The translations under genes were made by a program, and so were the position numbers. 64,000 nt of DNA from a virus (Duplodnaviria > Caudoviricetes), in IMG/VR virus record IMGVR_UViG_3300009027_000005, positions 1,045 through 65,044 of that record. One strand, written 5' to 3'. The notes under the pieces are model-generated. The model did no database searches. It was not told where the DNA came from and saw only the letters and a list, made by a program, of their open reading frames with translations. Shown piece after piece: positions 48,388 through 58,748 of this stretch. Numbering within the stretch: position 1 is the stretch's first letter; every line of letters begins with the position of its first letter.

Positions 48388-51300
48388 ATGGCATTAGTAT
48401 CACCAGGCGTAGAAGTCAATGTAATTGACGAATCATTCTACACACCAGGAGCGGCTGCTACAGTCCCTATTATATTTGTTGCAACGACTGCAAACAAAAC
48501 AAAGGCATCTGGTAGCGGAGTTGCTCAAGGCACTTTACCTGAGAATGCAGGTAAAGCATATTTAGTAACAAGTCAAAGAGAATTAGGAGACTTATTCGGA
48601 GACGCAGCATTTGAATCTGATAACAACGGAAACATGATTCACGCAGGCGAACTAAATGAATATGGTCTAAACACAGCATACTCACTTTTAGGTGTAACAA
48701 ATCGTGCTTATGTAGTCAGAGCAGATGTTGACTTATCTGAACTAACTGCAAGTTCAACTGCACCTGGGGGCGAACCAGCAGACGGTGCGTATTGGTTTGA
48801 TACAACTAATACTGCATTTGGTATTTTAGAATGGAACGGTGAATCTGCAACTACTACTAATGGACAGTCATTTAGTGCTACAACTATTAGAGTAATCACA
48901 GAAGCAACTGATCTTAGCAACGATGTACCAAAAGCAGCAGTAGGATCTGTAGGCGAATATGCAATCGATGTAACATCAGACATGAATCGTTTGTTTTATA
49001 AAGCTTCAGGAAATGCTACAGGCGTAAGTGCAGGCGAATGGGTAGAAGTTGGTAGCGATAAGTGGGCAGCTAGTCATGCAACTGTAAAAGGTACCGTAAG
49101 AAATCCAACTCTTACAAATGGCGACGAAATGGTTATTAACACTACAACTGTAACACTAGCAGGCACAACTATTTCAGCTCTAGCAGGAAATATTAACAGT
49201 GCAGGTATAACAGGTGTAAGTGCAGCAGCAGTAGACGGTGTTCTTGAAATTTATGGTGATTCTACAGCAGCTTCAGACGGTGTAACTGCCGACGGTTTAA
49301 TTGTTATTAATGGCGGACAAGGTTCTTTAACAGGGCTAGCTGGTTCAGATAACGGTGGTACAGGTATACAAAATGGCACATATAGTATTCCAAGATTAAC
49401 TATTGCACCTCACACAAGTGTTCCTGAATACAAAGCTGGAGATACAGTTCCTGCACCAACTGGTAGTTTGTGGGTTAAAACAACTACACCAAATGGCGGC
49501 GCAAACTGGAGAATTAAGCAGTATAGTGATGCAACTCAACTTTGGAACAACGTTAGTGCTCCAATGTATACAAGCAACGAAGCAGCACTGTTTAATCTAG
49601 ACAAAGCAGGCGGTGGCGCAAATTTACTTGCAGGTGATTTGTATATCAAAGCAAATGTAGAAGAAGAAACTCCTACAGTTGCAGATTTCAAAATTCATTA
49701 TAGAGTTTCGAATGACGCTACTTCAATTGCATCAGCAAAAATTGAAACACAATTAGTCGCTGGTACTTATGATTTTGACATTGCTGAAACAACTGTAAAT
49801 AGTGCAACTAGAACAAACAAAACTATTAGTGTAACTATTGCAGGCGGTACTACTGCTGATGCAGACACAATTGCAGGCGCGATTAACGCAGCAGGATTTG
49901 CAAATGTAGTATCGTATGTAAATGCTTCAAACAAAGTAGTAATTGAACACAAAATTGGTGGCGATTTCCGTATTGCAGATACAGACGGATTGCTTACAAC
50001 AATGGGCTTTTCACCATTACTAGCAGATGGTAGTAATTCATCAACTGCAACTGCAAACTTATACGATAATGCTACAGGCGATTCAACACATGATTTTGTT
50101 GCATCAAACTGGAAGCCATTAACTTATAGTGCTTCTAATACAGAGCCACTAGCATTAACAACATCAGGACAACGTTGGTATAATTCTACAGTAGACGAAG
50201 TTGATATTATGATTAACAACGGAACTACATGGGTTGGATACCAAAATTACAATGACGATTATGCTGATACAGACCCAGCAGGTCCAATTGTAAGTGCATC
50301 ACAGCCAACAGAACAATCAGATACTACTCCTTTAGTTGATGGAGATATTTGGATTTCAACAGCAGATCTTGAAAACTTCCCACTAGTATATCGTTATAAT
50401 GGTACTACTGAAGAGTTTGTATTAGTTGACAAAACAGATCAAACTACTGAAAACGGCATCTTATTTGCAGACGCACGTTGGAGTACAACTGGCGGTGCTA
50501 CAGACGGACCATACGAAGCAGGTGACATTGACGAGTTACTAGTAAATGATTACCTAGATCCTGATGCTCCAGATCCAGCACTATATCCAAAAGGTATGAT
50601 GCTTTGGAACACACGTAGAAGCGGATTTAACGTTAAGCGTTTTGAGCGTAACTACATTGATGTAGACGGTTCAAACGGCCGTTATGAAGTTGACGATCCT
50701 AACAGTGCTGATCCAGATGATGTAATTGACCAACCAATGGCAGATTACTATCCACATCGTTGGGTTACTGATTCAGGTAATAACGAAGATGGTTCAGGCA
50801 CATTTGGACGTTTTGCACAGCGTAAATCAGTTATCCAAGCTCTACAATCATTAGTAAATAGTAACCAAGATATACGTGATGAAGAATCACGTCAGTTTAA
50901 CTTGATTGCTTGCCCTGGTTATCCGGAACTAATTGGCGAAATGATCACTCTAAACTATGACAGACGCCTAACAGCATTTGTTGTAGGTGACACACCAGCA
51001 AGGCTAACACCAGATGCAACTTCACTAAATGAATGGGCATCAAATGTTAGAGGCGCACTTGAAGATAATGACATAGGTGCTGTATCAAAAGATGAATATC
51101 TTGGAATGTACTATCCATGGGGATTCTCAAGTGATAACTTTGGTAACAATGTTGTAGTTCCACCAAGTCATATGGCACTACGTACACTTGTACTAAATGA
51201 CCAAGTTGCATTCCCCTGGTTTGCACCAGCAGGAACAAGACGCGGTGGTGTTACAAATGCTACAAGTTCAGGCTATGTAAATAGCGAAGGAGAATTTGTA

Positions 51301-51750
51301 GGTATAGCTCTAAACACAGGACAGCGTGATACACTCTATACAAATCAAATTAACCCAATCACATTTATAAGTGGTGCAGGATTAGTTGTATTTGGACAAA
51401 AAACTCGTGCAAGAAATGCTTCTGCACTAGATAGAGTAAACGTAGCACGTTTAGTTGTTTACTTACGTGGACAATTAGAACTACTAGCAAGACCATACTT
51501 GTTTGAACCAAATGATAAGATCACACGTGATCAGATTAAATCAGCTGCTGATCAGCTGTTAATTGAATTAGTAGGCCTTAGAGCATTGTATGACTTCTTA
51601 GTTGTATGTGACGAGTCAAACAATACTCCTGCTAGAATTGACAGGAATGAGTTATACTTAGACATTGCAATTGAGCCAGTCAAAGCAATTGAATTTATTT
51701 ACATTCCATTAAGACTTAAGAATACAGGAGAAATTGCAGCTCTAGGATAA
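48388..51750 (+). CDS. Contractile tail sheath protein (gp18-like) with large insertions
   Basis: MALVSPGVEV start; PWFAPAGTRRG, INPI, RVNVARL, LFEPND and PVKAIEFIYI motifs. Confidence 0.95.
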   Translation: MALVSPGVEVNVIDESFYTPGAAATVPIIFVATTANKTKASGSGVAQGTLPENAGKAYLVTSQRELGDLFGDAAFESDNNGNMIHAGELNEYGLNTAYSLLGVTNRAYVVRADVDLSELTASSTAPGGEPADGAYWFDTTNTAFGILEWNGESATTTNGQSFSATTIRVITEATDLSNDVPKAAVGSVGEYAIDVTSDMNRLFYKASGNATGVSAGEWVEVGSDKWAASHATVKGTVRNPTLTNGDEMVINTTTVTLAGTTISALAGNINSAGITGVSAAAVDGVLEIYGDSTAASDGVTADGLIVINGGQGSLTGLAGSDNGGTGIQNGTYSIPRLTIAPHTSVPEYKAGDTVPAPTGSLWVKTTTPNGGANWRIKQYSDATQLWNNVSAPMYTSNEAALFNLDKAGGGANLLAGDLYIKANVEEETPTVADFKIHYRVSNDATSIASAKIETQLVAGTYDFDIAETTVNSATRTNKTISVTIAGGTTADADTIAGAINAAGFANVVSYVNASNKVVIEHKIGGDFRIADTDGLLTTMGFSPLLADGSNSSTATANLYDNATGDSTHDFVASNWKPLTYSASNTEPLALTTSGQRWYNSTVDEVDIMINNGTTWVGYQNYNDDYADTDPAGPIVSASQPTEQSDTTPLVDGDIWISTADLENFPLVYRYNGTTEEFVLVDKTDQTTENGILFADARWSTTGGATDGPYEAGDIDELLVNDYLDPDAPDPALYPKGMMLWNTRRSGFNVKRFERNYIDVDGSNGRYEVDDPNSADPDDVIDQPMADYYPHRWVTDSGNNEDGSGTFGRFAQRKSVIQALQSLVNSNQDIRDEESRQFNLIACPGYPELIGEMITLNYDRRLTAFVVGDTPARLTPDATSLNEWASNVRGALEDNDIGAVSKDEYLGMYYPWGFSSDNFGNNVVVPPSHMALRTLVLNDQVAFPWFAPAGTRRGGVTNATSSGYVNSEGEFVGIALNTGQRDTLYTNQINPITFISGAGLVVFGQKTRARNASALDRVNVARLVVYLRGQLELLARPYLFEPNDKITRDQIKSAADQLLIELVGLRALYDFLVVCDESNNTPARIDRNELYLDIAIEPVKAIEFIYIPLRLKNTGEIAALG

Positions 51751-51797
51751 TATGCGTACTTTATGGGTGGGGAATTAACCCCACCCTAATATGCATA
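51751..51797 (+). other. Long GC-rich hairpin between sheath and tube genes
   Basis: GGGTGGGG-aattaa-CCCCACCC inside an outer TATGCGTA/TATGCATA pairing; no U-tract. Confidence 0.65.
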
Positions 51798-51822
51798 AAT
51801 ACTACTGTAACAGGAGACAAGA

Positions 51823-52470
51823 ATGCCAATTACAACATTAACAAATATTTCAATACCAACAGAAGATGGCGGCGGCAGCAACAGTTCTTTGCTAATGCCA
51901 AAACTACAATATCGTTTTAGAGTTTTATTTGAAAACTTTGGAACAACAGGCGGTCCGGATGGTATTCGTGAAATTACAAGACAGGTGGTAGATGTAACTC
52001 GTCCAAACCTTTCTTTTGAACAAATGACAATCGATGCTTACAACTCAAGAACTTATCTAGCTGGTAAGCACAACTGGGAACCAGTTACACTTACATTGCG
52101 TGAAGATGCAAATAACAATGTGCAGAAAATCATTGGTCAACAGCTTCAAAGACAGTTTGATTTCTTTGAACAATCTAGTGCAGTATCAGGCGGTACATAT
52201 AAATTTATTACTAAGATTGAAATTTTAGACGGTGGCAATGGTGCTAATGGTTCGTCAATTATTGATAGATTCCAACTAGTAGGTTGCTACATTGAATCAG
52301 CCAACTACAACACACTAGCATATGCTACAAGTGATGCAGTAACTACATCATTAACTATACGCTATGACAACGCTATACAGTTTGGTAGTGAAGAACAGTT
52401 TAGTGGTGTTGGCGAAGCAGTTACAAGAGCTGCTCAAGATGCTATTGGTGGTACACAAGTTACTGGCTAA
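51823..52470 (+). CDS. Tail tube protein (gp19-like)
   Basis: LMPKLQYRFRV, AGKHNWEP, L.Y..SD....LTIRYDNA; directly follows sheath. Confidence 0.9.
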   Translation: MPITTLTNISIPTEDGGGSNSSLLMPKLQYRFRVLFENFGTTGGPDGIREITRQVVDVTRPNLSFEQMTIDAYNSRTYLAGKHNWEPVTLTLREDANNNVQKIIGQQLQRQFDFFEQSSAVSGGTYKFITKIEILDGGNGANGSSIIDRFQLVGCYIESANYNTLAYATSDAVTTSLTIRYDNAIQFGSEEQFSGVGEAVTRAAQDAIGGTQVTG

Positions 52471-52498
52471 TTAAACTAGTAATTGGGTATCTTGTATT

Positions 52499-52529
52499 AA
52501 AGCAGGGATCATACGATTCCTGCTTTTTT
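52499..52529 (+). terminator. Rho-independent terminator
   Basis: AAAGCAGGGATC-atac-GATTCCTGCTTT plus T run. Confidence 0.85.
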
Positions 52530-52567
52530 ATTATCTACGTGGTTTATAACTTAGGATAAATATTAAT

Positions 52568-53797
52568 ATGGCATGGTGGAATAGTTTAATAAAATCTCGT
52601 CAAGTAAACACGCATTTGCGTGATGCAAGGCATGCGCACAATTTGTTCACGCAATATGGACATTTGTTTTCTCCAAAAACTAAATTTTTATATCATGTAG
52701 TGTTTGAAACTACAGATGATGTTGCATTTTACTCAAATACAGAAACTTTTAAAAAACAAATAGGTGTGTTAGTTAAACGTGCAGACTTACCAGGGTTTAA
52801 AGCAAGTATAGAAAACAAACAACAATATAATCGTAAAAAAAATATGCAAACAAGAGTAGATTACGATGATGTACGTATTTCTTTTCATGATGACAATTTA
52901 GGTGCAACAAGAGCTATGCTTGAAGAATACTATAGATATTACTATCAAGACGGAAATCACTCTAGATCTACTAGTACAACTACAACTGATGGAAGTTTTA
53001 ATCCTAGAGACAAATATTCTAATAGAACTCCTAACTATGGTTTGAATAATTTTTATAAGCAGCCGTTTTTTAAATCAATAACAATATATCAATTAAGTTT
53101 ACAAAATTGGTTTAGCTATACATTAATAAATCCTTTACTAAGTAGTTGGGATCACGGAGATGTTGATTCTTCTGATGGTTCGGGTATGAATGAAAACACT
53201 ATTATGTTAGCTTACGAAGGTGTTTTGTATGACAACGGAATAATAGGCGAAAACGGCGAACCTACAAACTTTACTAATCCAGAAACTGGTTATGATAATA
53301 CATTTAGTCCTTTAGATTCTGAAATTAAACCTAACGAAAACTTTATTATACCTATTTTAAATACTATTACTGATAGCCTATTCGGATTTGAATTACCTAT
53401 TGTTAGTAATAATCAAACAACAAGGACCACGTCACTAACGTCTTCACAACTACAAGGAACAAATCAGTTTCCGAGATCTAGCTCAGTTATACCTGGATAT
53501 TTTTTACCAGTTAGAGATCAACTTAATACAGAAAGACCGGATGTATTTTTAAAAGCATCTAGTGCTAAAGGAGATCCAGAGACTACGTTACAAAGATTAA
53601 AATCTGATCCCCAGGCATTTAATAGCTTTCTTGCAAAAGTGTTAAACACTGGTTACTTTGAAGGTTTAGATTTTCAAACCTATAATTTATTATCTGCAGA
53701 TCAAAAAAGTATTGTTTTATCAAACTTAGATAATGCAATATTAGGAGGAGATTTTAAATTGTTTAGTTTTATGAAAGCAGCACTAGAGGAATTATAA
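52568..53797 (+). CDS. Tube-fold baseplate/tail-tube initiator-like protein
   Basis: PKTKFLYHVVF, LVKRADLP, QYNRK, FHDDN and YEGV motifs; follows tube. Confidence 0.6.
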   Translation: MAWWNSLIKSRQVNTHLRDARHAHNLFTQYGHLFSPKTKFLYHVVFETTDDVAFYSNTETFKKQIGVLVKRADLPGFKASIENKQQYNRKKNMQTRVDYDDVRISFHDDNLGATRAMLEEYYRYYYQDGNHSRSTSTTTTDGSFNPRDKYSNRTPNYGLNNFYKQPFFKSITIYQLSLQNWFSYTLINPLLSSWDHGDVDSSDGSGMNENTIMLAYEGVLYDNGIIGENGEPTNFTNPETGYDNTFSPLDSEIKPNENFIIPILNTITDSLFGFELPIVSNNQTTRTTSLTSSQLQGTNQFPRSSSVIPGYFLPVRDQLNTERPDVFLKASSAKGDPETTLQRLKSDPQAFNSFLAKVLNTGYFEGLDFQTYNLLSADQKSIVLSNLDNAILGGDFKLFSFMKAALEEL

Positions 53798-54159
53798 TGA
53801 TAAGATCAAATAATCCAGAACAATTTACATTTGACGAAACACAAATTATTTTTAATAATTATTTCAAAGAAGAAATTACATATAATGCAAATGAAGTTAA
53901 TGCAGTAATTGGTTATTTTTTGAAAAGAGGATTTGAAAAAATTGCTGCTATTAATACTGCTGCAATTTTTTTACAACAAGCTCAGATAGATAAAGTACCT
54001 GCCTTTGTGCTTATTGATACTTTAAAAGGTTTAAATGCTGTCGAGTTAAACAGTGTTATTTCTCAAATATTAAATTTGTATCGAGCAAAAACATCGTCAC
54101 TAGGATTTACAACATCTAGTGAAACAAGACTCTTTGATGAAAGAAATATCATATACTAA
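53797..54159 (+). CDS. Hypothetical protein
   Basis: Coupled ORF with TAATG overlaps at both ends. Confidence 0.6.
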   Translation: MIRSNNPEQFTFDETQIIFNNYFKEEITYNANEVNAVIGYFLKRGFEKIAAINTAAIFLQQAQIDKVPAFVLIDTLKGLNAVELNSVISQILNLYRAKTSSLGFTTSSETRLFDERNIIY

Positions 54160-54596
54160 TGGCTCATTTTGCTCAAGGAAAATACAATCTCAAAAACCCA
54201 GACAAGTATGTAGGAACTAAAACACCTACATATCGTTCAGGCTGGGAATTTACCTTTATGAAATTTTGTGACGAGCACCCTAGTGTAAGCCAGTGGGCAA
54301 GTGAAGCAATACGCATACCATATCGTAATCCTTTGACAGGCAAACAAACTGTTTATGTGCCTGACTTTTTTATAGTTTATGCAGATAAGGGCGGTAAACA
54401 GCGGGTAGAATTAATTGAAGTCAAACCCAGCAGTCAAGCACTTAAAGAAAAAGTGGGACGTAGTCGATCAAACCAAGCACACTATGTTGTAAATCAAGCC
54501 AAATGGGAAAGTGCAAGAAAATGGTGTAAACAAAAAGGAATATATTTCCGTATAGTTACTGAACAAGATATTTTTCATAACGGACGCAGGAAATGA
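54159..54596 (+). CDS. Head completion nuclease (T4 gp4-like, TnsA-type fold)
   Basis: KNPDKYVG, YRSGWE, WASE, YVPDF, EVKP, NQAKW. Confidence 0.88.
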   Translation: MAHFAQGKYNLKNPDKYVGTKTPTYRSGWEFTFMKFCDEHPSVSQWASEAIRIPYRNPLTGKQTVYVPDFFIVYADKGGKQRVELIEVKPSSQALKEKVGRSRSNQAHYVVNQAKWESARKWCKQKGIYFRIVTEQDIFHNGRRK

Positions 54597-55156
54597 AGGT
54601 TGCGCATGTACACATACCTAAAACAGCAGGCGGAAGTGTAAATCAATGGTTCAAAAAATATACACCAGACTCTCTTGTATTTGGCACACATAAAACAATA
54701 GATGAATGTACAAAAGAATTTGATTTTAGTTTTTGTATAGTAAGAAATACATACCATAGACTAATTAGTTCTTATGAATTTGCAAAATCAGTTTCCTTAG
54801 AAAAATATAAAAAAAGACTAAACAAAGGAAATGCACAAGATGCAATATCATCTTTAGAAATGATGGAACATATCGACAAAGGCATTCTTCCTTGGTTAAA
54901 ATATAATATTGACAGAGATGCTAATACATTTTGGCCGTTAGATAGGTGGACTAAAGATGTGGACATCGTTTTACACCAAGAAAATTTAACAGAAGACTTT
55001 CAACAAATACAAGAAAAATTAAATTGTTTTGAGCCTCTCGAAAAAACACATCACGTTTTACAATACAACAAAAACCAATATCTTACAAAAGAATATATAG
55101 ATTTTGTCTATAAATATTTTTATAAAGAAATAGACAAATACAATTATAAGGTATAG
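54593..55156 (+). CDS. Sulfotransferase (Sulfotransfer_2-like)
   Basis: HIPKTAGGS 5'-PSB loop; VRNTYHRLISSY 3'-PB motif. Confidence 0.8.
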   Translation: MKVAHVHIPKTAGGSVNQWFKKYTPDSLVFGTHKTIDECTKEFDFSFCIVRNTYHRLISSYEFAKSVSLEKYKKRLNKGNAQDAISSLEMMEHIDKGILPWLKYNIDRDANTFWPLDRWTKDVDIVLHQENLTEDFQQIQEKLNCFEPLEKTHHVLQYNKNQYLTKEYIDFVYKYFYKEIDKYNYKV

Positions 55157-55158
55157 AT

Positions 55159-55791
55159 ATGGCCACAATAGTTACAGAACCATTTTGTAGTACTTTTATT
55201 CATATTCCTAAAACAGGCGGAAATAGTATTACAAATTGGCTCAAACAAAATACTAAATCTCAAATAACTAAGAGGCATCAACACGCAACTGTACAAGAAG
55301 TGTGTCAAGGAAATCATTCTTTAGGTCCTATGAATCGAGAAGAATTAGGATTAACTTGGTGTGTTGTTAGAAATCCTTGGGATTATTGTGCAAGTTGGTA
55401 TAGTTTTAAAATTATGTTATGTAAGTTTTATATTGTCCAAATACACAAGCATCCTAACATGAAAAATCATAGAAAAGAAAAATGGAATTTAGAATTCCAA
55501 CAAAATAAATTAAAAAGATTAGAAAATGGATTTGTGCCGTGGTTAAAACAGACTGGAGTTAGTCCTATGTACAGTTGGGCAAAGGATTGTGATAAAATAC
55601 TAAAACTAGAAAACATAGTAGAAGATTTTAAATTTATACAAAATAAAATGAACTGTTGGGAACCGTTAGGGCATGATAATAAAACTCTAGACAGAAAAAA
55701 ATATCAAGATTATTACACAACTCAAGAAGCTATAGATATTGTTGCAACAAAGTTTAAAGTTGACATTGAAACTTACAACTATGATTTTTGA
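55159..55791 (+). CDS. Sulfotransferase (Sulfotransfer_2-like)
   Basis: FIHIPKTGGNSI; VRNPWDYCASWY; C-terminal D...YNY. Confidence 0.8.
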   Translation: MATIVTEPFCSTFIHIPKTGGNSITNWLKQNTKSQITKRHQHATVQEVCQGNHSLGPMNREELGLTWCVVRNPWDYCASWYSFKIMLCKFYIVQIHKHPNMKNHRKEKWNLEFQQNKLKRLENGFVPWLKQTGVSPMYSWAKDCDKILKLENIVEDFKFIQNKMNCWEPLGHDNKTLDRKKYQDYYTTQEAIDIVATKFKVDIETYNYDF

Positions 55792-55822
55792 TAAATAATA
55801 GTAGCATATAATGGAAGCTATA

Positions 55823-56320
55823 ATGACTAAAAAACTAGAAGATCTATTAAACTTGCCTGATTCAAAAGAAATTATAGAACAAGCAGAAGCACAAGAAGAA
55901 CAACAGTCCAAACACGAAATAGAAAGAGAACAAGCATTTCGTGACATAGCTGACTTTGATAAAATTAGTGCTGCACTTCCTGCTGTAAAAGGCCTAGGAG
56001 ACATGGCAGACAAAGAACTAAATGAAGTTGCTGATAAAGCTATGCAAGCCTATGAAGACCTAATGGACCTAGGTATGAACGTAGAAAGTCGTTATAGCGG
56101 TAGAGTTTTTGAAGTTGCTGGAGGAATGCTTAAAACTAGTTTAGATGCTAAAACTGCTAAACTAGATAAAAAAATTAAAATGATAGAACTTCAATTAAAG
56201 AAAGAAAAGTTAGATAAAGAATCGTCAAACGACGACGGTATTATAAACGGCGAAGGATATGTAGTAACTGATAGAAATAGTCTACTTGAGCGTCTAAAAG
56301 GGCTAGATAAAGATAAATAA
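55823..56320 (+). CDS. Conserved helical protein, possible terminase small subunit
   Basis: MTKKLEDLLNL...DLGMNVE...DRNSLL; size and position upstream of TerL; alternative start at 55811. Confidence 0.45.
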   Translation: MTKKLEDLLNLPDSKEIIEQAEAQEEQQSKHEIEREQAFRDIADFDKISAALPAVKGLGDMADKELNEVADKAMQAYEDLMDLGMNVESRYSGRVFEVAGGMLKTSLDAKTAKLDKKIKMIELQLKKEKLDKESSNDDGIINGEGYVVTDRNSLLERLKGLDKDK

Positions 56321-56346
56321 TACATATAGAATAGGATCAATGCGCA

Positions 56347-56904
56347 ATGAGATCATTTAAAGAAATACTTACAGAATCAAAAAAAACCTATGAATTTAAA
56401 ATAGGAATTGCAGGCGAACTAGAAGAAGGAATGACGGATCATTTAGAAACGTCCCTTAAAAAGTTTGGTTTGTCAAATATGACTTCAGGTAAAAAAACAC
56501 CTATCCAAGAACGTCCATTAGATTTTCCACAACTACAAAATATGGAAGTAACATATTTTGAGGCAACTGTTGAATATCCCACAACTGTACAAGTATTACA
56601 AGAGTATTTAGGTAAGTGTTGTGGTATAGATCAAAGTCATATAATTGTGCGCAACATGAATGATCCTAGAGAAGAATATCAAGAAACTAAAGACGATGCT
56701 CCTTATGAAACTATGTTAACTAAAGAAGACATGGGCGGCGAAAGCGCACAAGAGTCAGTAGGTGGAAATCGTGTAATGGACTTGTTAAAAGAATTAGAAA
56801 CTGCTCGTAAAGAACGCGACCATGATCCAGCTGCTGGTGCACCGCAAGGTAAATCAGCAGATATAAGCGATGCAGAAAACAGCAAAGCAGTCGTAGGAGG
56901 CTAA
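56347..56904 (+). CDS. Probable head/prohead-associated protein
   Basis: MRSFKEILTES N-terminus (T4-like targeting/cleavage pattern); late TAAATA upstream. Confidence 0.5.
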   Translation: MRSFKEILTESKKTYEFKIGIAGELEEGMTDHLETSLKKFGLSNMTSGKKTPIQERPLDFPQLQNMEVTYFEATVEYPTTVQVLQEYLGKCCGIDQSHIIVRNMNDPREEYQETKDDAPYETMLTKEDMGGESAQESVGGNRVMDLLKELETARKERDHDPAAGAPQGKSADISDAENSKAVVGG

Positions 56905-56908
56905 TACA

Positions 56909-57949
56909 ATGGATATGAAAAATTTAATTCAGCAAATGACTGATATTGAAAATTCAAGTAAAGAGAAGTTAAACGAAGCAGCAAATCTTAGTGTTTCTGC
57001 AGAAACAGGTGCAGAAATTGCAGACATGATTCGTGCAATGCAAGGACATGCAGGAATGGATGATAAGCCAGTAGGTGATGTTGTTCATCCAATGCGTCAC
57101 GATATTGAAAGATTCCGTGCTGCTGTAAATGACGATCCAGCAATTCCAGGACGTGATGATGTAGAAGGAGACCAAGATCTACAAGCAGGAGCACTAGGGA
57201 GTGCAATAGGCGGCGGACTTGGTAGTATGGTCGGCGGCCCAGCAGGGGCAGCAGTAGGATCAGCTTTAGGATCAAATAACGAACCTGGTGCAGGAATGGC
57301 AGCATTAGGCGGAGTTGCAGGAAATGCAATCGCCGGACCAGTAGGCGGCGCAGTAGGTGCCGGCCTAGGACAAATGCTAGGTTCAGACGACGGCGATGAC
57401 CCAAATATTCCAGGGCGTGATGATGTAGAAGGCGACCAAGATCTACAAGCAGGCATGCTAGGATCTATTGCAGGTGGTTTAGGCGGAGCAGCACTAGGTA
57501 GCGCACTTGGCGGTCCTATTGGCGGAATAGCAGGTAAAGCACTTGGCGGAGTTGGCGGAAAAGTTGCTGGCGCAATGGGCTCTAAAATAGGATCAGCGAT
57601 TGGTAAGGCTGCTCCAAGTATTGCAGGCAGCATGGTTGGATCTGAAATTGGTGATAAGCTAACAGGCGATGACAATGAGATGGAAGGTTACGACAACGAG
57701 CCAAATCCAGAATACCAAGACCACAAACATATGACAAAAGACCTAAGCGGTGGTCTTAACCGTGAAAAGAAAGCATATGCTAAAGCACAAGACGGCGACA
57801 ATGCAATGGCTGTAGAAGCTATCAAAGCACAGCTAATGGCAGCACTAAGTGAAAAGAAAGCAAAGCCAGACTTTTTAGATATGGACAAAGACGGCGACAA
57901 AAAAGAGCCAATGAAAAAAGCTATCAAAGACAAAAAAGCTAAAAAATAA
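56909..57949 (+). CDS. Acidic probable internal head protein with duplicated glycine-zipper cassettes
   Basis: KLNE, two DDPxIPGRDDVEGDQDLQAG + GxxxG blocks, C-terminal KPDFLDMDKDGDKKEPMKKA. Confidence 0.6.
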   Translation: MDMKNLIQQMTDIENSSKEKLNEAANLSVSAETGAEIADMIRAMQGHAGMDDKPVGDVVHPMRHDIERFRAAVNDDPAIPGRDDVEGDQDLQAGALGSAIGGGLGSMVGGPAGAAVGSALGSNNEPGAGMAALGGVAGNAIAGPVGGAVGAGLGQMLGSDDGDDPNIPGRDDVEGDQDLQAGMLGSIAGGLGGAALGSALGGPIGGIAGKALGGVGGKVAGAMGSKIGSAIGKAAPSIAGSMVGSEIGDKLTGDDNEMEGYDNEPNPEYQDHKHMTKDLSGGLNREKKAYAKAQDGDNAMAVEAIKAQLMAALSEKKAKPDFLDMDKDGDKKEPMKKAIKDKKAKK

Positions 57950-57968
57950 TCTACGGCGGGATTACACC

Positions 57969-57996
57969 AAATAGGACCTTCGGGTCCTATTTTTTT
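57969..57996 (+). terminator. Rho-independent terminator with UUCG loop
   Basis: AAATAGGACC-TTCG-GGTCCTATTT plus T run. Confidence 0.9.
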
Positions 57997-58009
57997 GAGT
58001 AAATAAAAT

Positions 58010-58744
58010 ATGTTTTATTTTAACGGTGATAGTTTTGTTTACGGATTAGAATTAGAAGATATTAATAATAGATTTTCCACACTAGTAAGCAAGCACTATA
58101 ACAAAAAAGAACTTAACGATTCTATTCGTGGTGCTAGTAATCAAAGAATCTTTAGAACAACCATGGAAGCTATTGCAAGTTTTCCAAATATCGAATCAAT
58201 TGTTATAATGTGGACAGATCCAAATAGATTTGAACACTTTCTTGGACCTAATATGTTTTCAGCAGACGACGACGGTTGGAGAAGGATAACAACTTACAGA
58301 CTTAAACCTGATAATTTTTTGCCCAACGAAAGAGATACATTTATAAAGAATTTTCATCATCCAGATATACGGGTTATTAATAAATCATTATTAGAATATA
58401 GTGTGCATGTAAGAACTCAAGACCATGTAATAAATGAACTTTTAAATCAAATATTACAACTACAATTAGTATGTACACTAAAAAATATAAATTGCAAAAT
58501 GTCATATTCGTATATTTCAGATATACTAGATAATCAAAACGTAAAAACCTATATTAAAAATCATAATTTATATAATAAAATAGACTGGACAACAAAATAC
58601 TGGTTAGACAATGATATTTTTTGGTCCATGAATACATTCTGTAAAGAACAAAATGTTGATTTTGGACCTGGATTACATCCTTTAGAATCTGGACATAGAT
58701 TAGTAGCAAATAAAATTATAGACGTTTTTAAAAAAGATAAGTAA
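58010..58744 (+). CDS. SGNH/GDSL-like hydrolase/acyltransferase-fold protein
   Basis: NGDSF, GASN and C-terminal LHP...GH motifs. Confidence 0.6.
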   Translation: MFYFNGDSFVYGLELEDINNRFSTLVSKHYNKKELNDSIRGASNQRIFRTTMEAIASFPNIESIVIMWTDPNRFEHFLGPNMFSADDDGWRRITTYRLKPDNFLPNERDTFIKNFHHPDIRVINKSLLEYSVHVRTQDHVINELLNQILQLQLVCTLKNINCKMSYSYISDILDNQNVKTYIKNHNLYNKIDWTTKYWLDNDIFWSMNTFCKEQNVDFGPGLHPLESGHRLVANKIIDVFKKDK

Positions 58745-58748
58745 TTAT

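Noticed and set aside
54159-54596. TnsA-like nuclease suggesting a Tn7-type element
   Set aside because: Motifs and position fit the T4 gp4 head-completion protein; no transposase partners or element ends
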